From the NCBI GenBank assembly GCA_965248855.1, contig CBDFKQ010000004.1, positions 243,342-307,341 of the forward strand: a stretch of 64,000 nt of DNA. The letters run 5' to 3'. The DNA comes from Spirosomataceae bacterium. Lineage in GTDB: Bacteria > Bacteroidota > Bacteroidia > Cytophagales > 172606-1. The position numbers were made by a program, and so were the translations under genes. The notes beneath the pieces were generated by a model. The model made no database searches. It saw only the letters and a program-made list of their open reading frames with translations, and was not told the origin of the DNA. Positions 8,237 through 15,801 of the stretch are shown here, one piece after another; position 1 is the stretch's first letter; the number at the start of each line of letters is the position of its first letter.

Positions 8237-10848
8237 CATATCCAATTATTACAAGTCAAAAATCAATTAAGGATTTTAATATTGGGGGAAAGGCTAAAAA
8301 TCTTTTTCGTCTCATTGAATTAGGTTTTAACGTTCCAAAGTTTGTAGTTATTCCTCATGAAGTTTTAAATGAATTTTTACCTCAAAACATAGACGAACTC
8401 CATGAAAATGACATTATAATTTTTTTAAAAGAAATAGTTATACCGGAAGAAATTATAAATGAAATTCTTTCTTACTTTTCTCCTGATTCATATTTTGCTG
8501 TTCGCTCATCTGCCTCAGATGAAGATAATCTTAATTTTTCGTTCGCTGGCCAGTATGAAAGTTATTTGTTTGTTAATAAAGATCATCTGGCTGAGAAAAT
8601 TAAAAGTGTTTGGAGTTCTCTTTTTTTAGTAAGAGTAATTGAATATAGAAAAAACAATAATATTTCCGGTACTTCCAAAATGGCAGTTATTATTCAGGAA
8701 ATGATAAATGCTGATGTTTCGGGAGTCGCGTTCGGAATAAATCCCATCAATAAAAATCAAAATGAAAAATTAATTAACTCAGTGTATGGCTTGGGTGAAG
8801 GGCTTGTTTCAGGAGAACTGGATGCAGATATGTTTATTATAAGAAACTCTGATTCCGCAGTAAAACAAATCCATAATAAAACTCATAAAATTGTTTTTGA
8901 TTCAATAAAATGTTGGGGGGTCAGGAAAGTAGAAGTTAACAAAGAATTTCAAAATTTGCAATCCTTAACTGATACACAAATAAATGAACTAGAAGAAATT
9001 CTTGATAAGCTTAATATTGAATATCAAACGCCACAGGATATAGAATTTGCAATAAAAGAAAACACTATCTTTTTAACACAAACCAGACCTATTACTACAT
9101 TAAATCAAACAAGCAAAAACCCTCAGGAGTCATATATAGTTTGGGATAACAGTAATATTATAGAATCTTATCCCGGAGTTACAACCCCTCTTACCTTTTC
9201 TTTTATAAGTCAGTCTTATAAAGGTGCATACAAACTATTTTGCGAATACATGGGTGTTAGTCCTAAAGTAATAAAAAATAACGAAAGGGTTTTTGCAAAT
9301 ACATTAGGTTTTATAAACGGAAGGGTTTACTATAATCTTAAGAGTTGGTATTACATGCTTGCCATGGTTCCGGGTTATAGTATCAATGCGCGGTTTATGG
9401 AAAATATGATGGGTGTAAAGGAACGTTTTGATGTTCCTGAAAGCTACAGATTATCGCACGGTAAAGCATTTTGGCAAATCTTTATAATGGCTATAAGGAT
9501 GTATTTTCGTCTTCTTTTGCTTCCTAAAAAAAAGAAAGAATTTTTTATATTGTTGAATGACACAATTAAGAAATACAAAAAAATAAATTTCAGAGAAAAA
9601 AATGCTTACGAATTAATGGATTTATATTATTCATTTGAATCCACATTGTTAAACCAATGGAAAGCCCCTTTAATAAATGATTTTTTTGCCATGATTGGCT
9701 ATGGAAGGTTGCAAAAGCTTTGTCAAAAGTATTTAATAGGTAATAATCCCAATATTCATAATGATTTATTGTGTGGCAGCGGTGATATAATTTCAACCCA
9801 ACCCATTCATAGATCTATAGCAATTGCATCAAAAATATCGAAAGAAAAGAATCTAAAGGAGTTGTTTATCAAACAAGATGAAATATTTATATGGAAAAAT
9901 TTAAATGAAAATAAATCTGAAGAAAGCAAATCATTAAAGTTAGAAATCGATAATTATATTGAAGACTTTGGTGAACGCTGCATAGGTGAACTTAAATTGG
10001 AAACCGTTTCATATACACAAGATCCTACCAAATTTATTAAAATATTAAAAGCTTATGTTGTTTCTGAAATTACTTTAAACAGTACTTCCGGAAAAATAGA
10101 AGAAGAAATAAGAATTACCGCCTTAAAAGAAGTAAATGAGACCTTGAAAGGAAATTGGTACAAAAAATTTAAAATGAAACGGGCTATTTCCCGGGCCAGA
10201 GAGTTGGTAAGTGCTAGAGAAAATCTTAGATATGAACGCACAAGGGCCTTTGGTATAGTTCGTGAAATATTTTCCGGTATTGGTTATCAATTTTATTCCA
10301 ATAATATTATTAATGCGCCAAGTGACGTATTTTATTTAACTAAAGATGAAATTTTTTCTTTTATAGAAGGCACAAGTGTGTCTCAAAATATTAGGGAACT
10401 TATTGGGTTTCGTAAACATGAATTTGAAACATACAGAAAACAAAACGTTCCTTCAGAGCGCTTTTCTACATCCGGTATAGTTTATCATGACAATGATTTT
10501 TTTAATATTAATAAATTACAAAAATTTGATGGCGATCTGAATGGAATTGGTTGTTGCCCGGGTATTGTTAGGGCTAAAGTTCAAGTAATTTTTGATCCTA
10601 TAAATGCTCTGCCATTAAATGGAGATATTTTAATCACTTCAAGTACTGACCCCGGCTGGGTTACTCTTTTTCCGAGTGCATCGGGGATAATTACTGAAAG
10701 GGGGAGTGTTTTAAGCCATTCTGCAATTGTTTCCAGAGAAATGGGTAAGCCATGCATTGTTGGAGTGCAGGGATTATTAAAAACTTTAAAAACAGGAGAC
10801 GAAATAATTATGAATGGGAGTACAGGTGCTATTACATTGATAAAGTGA
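8233..10848 (+). CDS. PEP-utilising-enzyme family phosphotransferase (PPDK_N ATP-grasp plus C-terminal swivel-His domain; rifampin-phosphotransferase-like architecture)
   Basis: N-terminal GGKAKNL and AVRSSASDEDNLNFSFAGQYES. C-terminal TSSTDPGWVTLFPSASGIITERGSVLSHSAIVSREMGKPCIVG. No PEP/pyruvate TIM-barrel region. ATGA overlap with the UbiA gene. Confidence 0.8.
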   Translation: MTYPIITSQKSIKDFNIGGKAKNLFRLIELGFNVPKFVVIPHEVLNEFLPQNIDELHENDIIIFLKEIVIPEEIINEILSYFSPDSYFAVRSSASDEDNLNFSFAGQYESYLFVNKDHLAEKIKSVWSSLFLVRVIEYRKNNNISGTSKMAVIIQEMINADVSGVAFGINPINKNQNEKLINSVYGLGEGLVSGELDADMFIIRNSDSAVKQIHNKTHKIVFDSIKCWGVRKVEVNKEFQNLQSLTDTQINELEEILDKLNIEYQTPQDIEFAIKENTIFLTQTRPITTLNQTSKNPQESYIVWDNSNIIESYPGVTTPLTFSFISQSYKGAYKLFCEYMGVSPKVIKNNERVFANTLGFINGRVYYNLKSWYYMLAMVPGYSINARFMENMMGVKERFDVPESYRLSHGKAFWQIFIMAIRMYFRLLLLPKKKKEFFILLNDTIKKYKKINFREKNAYELMDLYYSFESTLLNQWKAPLINDFFAMIGYGRLQKLCQKYLIGNNPNIHNDLLCGSGDIISTQPIHRSIAIASKISKEKNLKELFIKQDEIFIWKNLNENKSEESKSLKLEIDNYIEDFGERCIGELKLETVSYTQDPTKFIKILKAYVVSEITLNSTSGKIEEEIRITALKEVNETLKGNWYKKFKMKRAISRARELVSARENLRYERTRAFGIVREIFSGIGYQFYSNNIINAPSDVFYLTKDEIFSFIEGTSVSQNIRELIGFRKHEFETYRKQNVPSERFSTSGIVYHDNDFFNINKLQKFDGDLNGIGCCPGIVRAKVQVIFDPINALPLNGDILITSSTDPGWVTLFPSASGIITERGSVLSHSAIVSREMGKPCIVGVQGLLKTLKTGDEIIMNGSTGAITLIK

Positions 10849-10850
10849 AT

Positions 10851-11942
10851 ATGAATAAATCAATTTCCACAAAAGTAAATTTTAATTTTATTCGATATGC
10901 AAACTGTTGGGAGGATGCTGATATTTTATTAAAAGGATTGTCTTTAAAAGCAGGTTCGAAAATACTTTCTATTGGATCAGGAGGTGACAACTGTTTTGCT
11001 TTGCTTACTACTGATCCTCAAATGGTGGTAGCAATTGATATTAATAAAACTCAGTTGAGTTTAATAGAGTTAAAAAAGGTTGCAATAAAAAATTTAACTT
11101 ACGAGGAAACATTAAAATTTCTGGGGTTTCTACCATCCACAAATAGAAAGGAAGTATTTAATAAAATCAAATCAGAAATGAGCCTTTCGGCTAATAGTTA
11201 TTGGGAAGCTAATACTAACATCATAGAAAAAGGAATAATATATTCCGGCAAATTTGAAAAATATTTTATATTATTTAGCAGTAAAATTTTACCTTGGATT
11301 CACTCAGGTAAAAAGATCGAAAGTATTTTCACAAAAAAAACAAAGGAAGAACAAGAAAGCTATTATAACCAAATATGGAACTCGTGGAAATGGAAACTTC
11401 TATTTAAAATCTTTTTTAGTAAATATATAATGGGTAGATACGGTCGCGACCCAAAGTTTTTGAAAGAGGTAAATGTACCAGTTGCTAAAACAATTTATAA
11501 CAAAGCGGCTATACATTTGCAGTCATTAGAAGCGCAGCATAACTTTATTCTTCATTTTTGCCTTAAGGGAAATTTTGGAGAAAATCTTCCCTTTTATATG
11601 CGAAAAGAAAATTTTGACTTTGTAAAAGCGAATATTGAGAAACTTATATTAATGGAAGGATTGGCTCAACATGCTATTGATGTTCATGGTAAATTTAATG
11701 CAATGAACCTTTCTAATATTTTTGAATACATGGATACCGATACATTCGAAACTACATCTAAAGAATTGCTAAAAGGCTTGGAGGATAAAGCGAAAATATG
11801 TTATTGGAATTTAATGGTTTCAAGAAAGATTTCAAAAACTTTTCCCGAAGAAGTAGAGTACCAACAAAAAATTTCAAAAGACTTAACTGATAAGGATAAA
11901 GGTTTTTTTTATAGTGAATTTATAGTCGAAAATAAAAAATGA
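10851..11942 (+). CDS. DUF3419 / BtaA-like putative SAM-dependent 3-amino-3-carboxypropyl transferase
   Basis: IRYANCWEDADILLKGL and GSGGDNCFALL, as in the BtaA family. I chose the ATG at 10851, 2 nt after the upstream stop, over the track start at 10752. Confidence 0.65.
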   Translation: MNKSISTKVNFNFIRYANCWEDADILLKGLSLKAGSKILSIGSGGDNCFALLTTDPQMVVAIDINKTQLSLIELKKVAIKNLTYEETLKFLGFLPSTNRKEVFNKIKSEMSLSANSYWEANTNIIEKGIIYSGKFEKYFILFSSKILPWIHSGKKIESIFTKKTKEEQESYYNQIWNSWKWKLLFKIFFSKYIMGRYGRDPKFLKEVNVPVAKTIYNKAAIHLQSLEAQHNFILHFCLKGNFGENLPFYMRKENFDFVKANIEKLILMEGLAQHAIDVHGKFNAMNLSNIFEYMDTDTFETTSKELLKGLEDKAKICYWNLMVSRKISKTFPEEVEYQQKISKDLTDKDKGFFYSEFIVENKK

Positions 11943-12601
11943 ATAAAGAATACATTAATACCATCTTATTAGCCATTTTATTTTTATTGCTTTTTGGGAT
12001 CGCTGAATTACTTTATTATAAATTCCATGTAAAAGCTGATACGACAAGAAAGGTAGTTCATTTAGGTACCGGACTTCTTTGTTTATTATTTCCTTCCATG
12101 CTTCATAGCCATTGGTTTGTTTTTTTTCTTTGTTTCGGTTTCGCAGTAATCCTTTTTGCCAGTTTAAAGTTTAATTTATTAAAATCAATAAATGCTATAG
12201 AAAGGGTTTCTTATGGTAGCTTACTTTATCCATTAATTATATATATCTGTTTTTTAATTTACAATTACTTTAATAATAATTACATCTATTTTTATCTTCC
12301 ATTATTAATCATGTCAATTTGCGATCCTTTTGCTGCTATAATTGGAAAGAGATGGCCTTATGGAAAGTTTTATATTAGAAAAGATAACAAGACAATTATG
12401 GGTTCTGCTGCCTTTTTTATTTCCAGTTCTATTATAACGTTGATACTTTTTTATTTTTTATTGCCGAATAGCGATAAATTTTTAATTACTTTTTCAGTCG
12501 CATTATCAGCCACCTTGGCTGAAGCTTTATTTGTAAAAGGGTTCGACAATTTTACAATTCCTTTGAGTGTAATAATGATTTTGATTGTGTTACATGTATG
12601 A
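11939..12601 (+). CDS. CTP-dependent polyprenol/phytol kinase-like membrane protein (dolichol kinase / VTE5 / CdsA superfamily)
   Basis: Multi-pass 220-aa protein with RKVVHLGTG and CDPFAAIIGKRWPYG motifs. ATGA overlap with the upstream gene. Confidence 0.55.
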   Translation: MNKEYINTILLAILFLLLFGIAELLYYKFHVKADTTRKVVHLGTGLLCLLFPSMLHSHWFVFFLCFGFAVILFASLKFNLLKSINAIERVSYGSLLYPLIIYICFLIYNYFNNNYIYFYLPLLIMSICDPFAAIIGKRWPYGKFYIRKDNKTIMGSAAFFISSSIITLILFYFLLPNSDKFLITFSVALSATLAEALFVKGFDNFTIPLSVIMILIVLHV

Positions 12602-13601
12602 AATAATAAAAACAAGGCCTGGAGATACTAATTTTAATTTATTTGAGGATTTTCCAAATGAAATTTATCCTGAAGGCAGTCTGTATTATCAACAATCAAG
12701 GCATATTAATGAAATTTACTTAGAAAATTGTTTTCTTCTTTTAGAGAACGGAAAGGTAAAAAGCCGTGCAAGTATGTATTGCAATCCATACATGTATTAT
12801 CAAAATAAAAAAACCGTTACAATTGGGCATTATGAATCGTCAGAAGATAAAAATTGTTCAAAAAAACTAATCTCCCATATTATTTTGGAAGCCAAAAAAT
12901 TAGAAGCCGAATTTTTAATAGGCCCTATGAATGGAAGCACTTGGGATGAATATCGTTTTAGCCTTAATCACCAATATCCTACATTTTTTTTAGAACCTTA
13001 CCACCAATTGTATTACAATCAGCACTTTTTAAATGCTGATTTTGAAATTATAGCCAAGTATTATTCAAGCATTGAAACTAACCTAATTTTTAATAGCGCA
13101 TTTGTATTAGAAAGAGAAAATGAGCTTCGAAAAATCGGTGTAAATTTCAGGAACATTAATTTGGAAGAATTTGAAAAAGAACTGGAAAAAATATATGAGT
13201 TTAATTCTGTTTCTTTTAAATCAAACTTCTTGTTTACACCTATTAAAAAAGAAGATTTTCTTAAAAAGTATACTGAAACTAAAAAATTTATAAATCCACA
13301 ATTTGTAATGCTTGCTGAAGATAAAGAAGAAAACCTTATAGGATATTTTTTCTGTATACACGATTTTTTTAATAAAAATTCAAAAGCATTAATTGCTAAA
13401 ACAGTAGCCAGGCATCCTGATAAAACGTGGAGTGGTGTTGGGCATGTGTTAGGTAATATTATTGCTGCAAGGGCATTAAAAGATGGTTACCAAGCTATTA
13501 TTCATCCTTTTATGCACGAGGAAGGAACATCAAAGAAAATGTCAAATAACTTTTCCGGCAAATCATACAAAAACTATGTACTGTATGGAAGAAGTATATA
13601 A
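12594..13601 (+). CDS. hypothetical protein with a weak GNAT-fold acyltransferase-like C-terminus
   Basis: The ATG at 12594 overlaps the upstream stop (ATGTATGA). C-terminal KTWSGVGHVLGNIIA resembles GNAT motif A. No firm family assignment. Confidence 0.4.
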   Translation: MYEIIKTRPGDTNFNLFEDFPNEIYPEGSLYYQQSRHINEIYLENCFLLLENGKVKSRASMYCNPYMYYQNKKTVTIGHYESSEDKNCSKKLISHIILEAKKLEAEFLIGPMNGSTWDEYRFSLNHQYPTFFLEPYHQLYYNQHFLNADFEIIAKYYSSIETNLIFNSAFVLERENELRKIGVNFRNINLEEFEKELEKIYEFNSVSFKSNFLFTPIKKEDFLKKYTETKKFINPQFVMLAEDKEENLIGYFFCIHDFFNKNSKALIAKTVARHPDKTWSGVGHVLGNIIAARALKDGYQAIIHPFMHEEGTSKKMSNNFSGKSYKNYVLYGRSI

Positions 13602-15132
13602 CGATGCTTTTAATATTACAGATCTTTTTTTTAATACTGCAAAAAAATATCCTAATAAAACAGCAGTAATTTTTAAAAATAAAAACATTTCCTTTGGCGA
13701 ACTTGAAGTTAAAATTGAAAATACAGCGCAATATTTTTTAAACAAAGGAATAGGAAAAAACGACAGGGTTTTAGTTTTTGTGCCTATGAGTATTGATTTG
13801 TACCGAATTGTATTAGCATTATTTAAAATCGGAGCAATAGCTGTTTTTCTTGACGAATGGGTTAATAAAAACAGGATGGAAGAGTGCTGCAAAATAGCGC
13901 TTTGTAAGGCAATTATAACTACATTAAAAGCAAGAATATTCATTTTTTTTTCAAAGGAATTGAAAAAAATACCTATAAGATTGGGAGTTGGATTTAACGA
14001 AAAAAATGCAAGAAAAAATTTACCGGAAACATTTTACGATGATATTGCTCTTATTACTTTTACCACCGGCTCAACAGGTATTCCTAAAGCTTCTATTCGC
14101 ACTCACCGACTTTTATTTAACCAATTTATAGCACTCGAAGAGAAATTGGAATACAGAGATGATGATATCTCTATGACAGTACTGCCAATAGTATTATTAA
14201 TTAATTTGGCAGTTGGTGCTACCTCTGTAATTGCTGATTTTAAGAGCTCCAAACCCGATAGTTTACTACCTGAAAAAATAATTCGACAGTTAAAAAGACA
14301 TTCAGTCAATACAATAATCGGATCTCCTTTTTTTATTAAAAAACTGGCAGAATATATAATTAAAGAAAAAAAATTTCTTCCTAATATTAAAAATTTTTTT
14401 ACGGGAGGAGCCCCTGTTTTTCCTTCGGAAGCAAAAATTTATAATGATGCCTTTCCTGAAACAAAAATAGAAATTATTTATGGATCTACGGAGGCTGAGC
14501 CAATTAGTAGCATTTCTGCTAACGATTTGTTGAACTTAAAAAATGACATTTTAAATGGTTTAAATGTTGGAAAAGTATCAGCGTATGCAGAAGTTAAAAT
14601 CATCAAAATTGACGATAAAAATATTTTTTTAAATTCAGAAAATGATCTAACCGGAATTGTCTTACCTCATAATACAATTGGTGAAATAATTGTGAAGGGT
14701 AAACATGTTCTTCGTGATTACCTCAATAATGAAGAAGCCTTTAAAAGAAACAAAATTTTGGTGGGTAATGAATTCTGGCACCGAACCGGTGATAGTGGTT
14801 ATATTACTGAAAGTGGAAACCTTTTTTTAATGGGAAGGTGCAATTCATTAATTGAAAAGAATAAAAAAATACTTTATCCTTTTGTTTATGAAAATTATTT
14901 TCAGTTAAATGAACATATAGAAATAGGGACGATTATCAATACAAATAATAAAGTTTCCGCTGTTGTTCAACTTCGAGATAAATCAAAAGAATTCCTCGTC
15001 AAAGATTTTATAAAAGAAGTAGAACCATTAATTGATCGAATTATTTTTATAAATAAAATCCCCCGTGATCCTCGTCATAATTCTAAAATTGATTATCAAA
15101 AATTAAGTAGTTTGCTTGAAAAATATAAATGA
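13585..15132 (+). CDS. AMP-dependent synthetase/ligase (adenylate-forming enzyme)
   Basis: TFTTGSTGIPKA, YGSTEAEP, TGDSGY and the C-terminal PRDPRHNSKIDYQKL with the A10 Lys. The start is at ATG 13585 or 13576 and overlaps the upstream gene. Confidence 0.85.
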   Translation: MEEVYNDAFNITDLFFNTAKKYPNKTAVIFKNKNISFGELEVKIENTAQYFLNKGIGKNDRVLVFVPMSIDLYRIVLALFKIGAIAVFLDEWVNKNRMEECCKIALCKAIITTLKARIFIFFSKELKKIPIRLGVGFNEKNARKNLPETFYDDIALITFTTGSTGIPKASIRTHRLLFNQFIALEEKLEYRDDDISMTVLPIVLLINLAVGATSVIADFKSSKPDSLLPEKIIRQLKRHSVNTIIGSPFFIKKLAEYIIKEKKFLPNIKNFFTGGAPVFPSEAKIYNDAFPETKIEIIYGSTEAEPISSISANDLLNLKNDILNGLNVGKVSAYAEVKIIKIDDKNIFLNSENDLTGIVLPHNTIGEIIVKGKHVLRDYLNNEEAFKRNKILVGNEFWHRTGDSGYITESGNLFLMGRCNSLIEKNKKILYPFVYENYFQLNEHIEIGTIINTNNKVSAVVQLRDKSKEFLVKDFIKEVEPLIDRIIFINKIPRDPRHNSKIDYQKLSSLLEKYK

Positions 15133-15801
15133 ATGAGCTCCCATGATAATAAATTATAGATGCGTTCAATTAAACATATGATTCATTTATGATTATCTTT
15201 TATCAAGAATTTAATCCAAACGAAATATATTTAGCCCCATTTTTTACATACACCTATATTTTTTCTCCTGCGTGTATAATAATAACCGGGAAAGTATTTG
15301 GAATCCATTCATTATGAAAAAATAAAAACAAAAAAGTTTAATATCGATTTTAACATATTTAAATTATTTATTGAATTTTAATTGCAAATAGAAAAATTGG
15401 GGAATTAAAACAAAGATTAGTTTATCTAAATATTAAAAAAGGTAATTTTAATATTAGGAAGGATCTCTATTGAAAATAAAATCTTTTGGTTCCGGATGAG
15501 TAGTGTGGAAGTATGCCAATTATTTTTATTAAAGATTTCTTACTCCTCTTTATATGTCTAAATCCTCTAAGTACCTCAAAATAAATTAGAATATTCTATG
15601 GCGATTATAATCTAAAGGTCAATTAAATGAAGTTTTTATATTCTTTTTTATAATAAAGCAAAAGAGTATATTAGTTTTAGAAAAATTTATTAAATAAAAT
15701 TTTAGTTTTAGTTTAACAAAATAATGTTATGAGGAACGATTTTAACGTAAATTAAAAAAAAAATATATTCGCTTATTTTACCAAGGCTGCATTTTGATTA
15801 T

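Noticed and set aside
10752-10850. An N-terminal extension of the DUF3419 ORF in the track (MHCWSAGIIKNF...).
   Set aside because: The extension overlaps the 3-prime end of the upstream kinase gene in another frame and has no family similarity. The ATG at 10851, 2 nt after the upstream stop, begins the conserved region.
13483-13584. An N-terminal extension of the adenylating-enzyme ORF.
   Set aside because: It overlaps ~100 nt of the upstream gene. The conserved N-terminus (…ITDLFFNTAKKYPNKTAVIF) starts just after the ATG at 13585 or 13576.
15490-15502. A 13-nt identity (ttccggatgagta) shared between 15490-15502 and 28355-28367.
   Set aside because: A single 13-mer match is expected by chance many times among all position pairs in 64 kb of biased-composition DNA. 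The flanks do not align.
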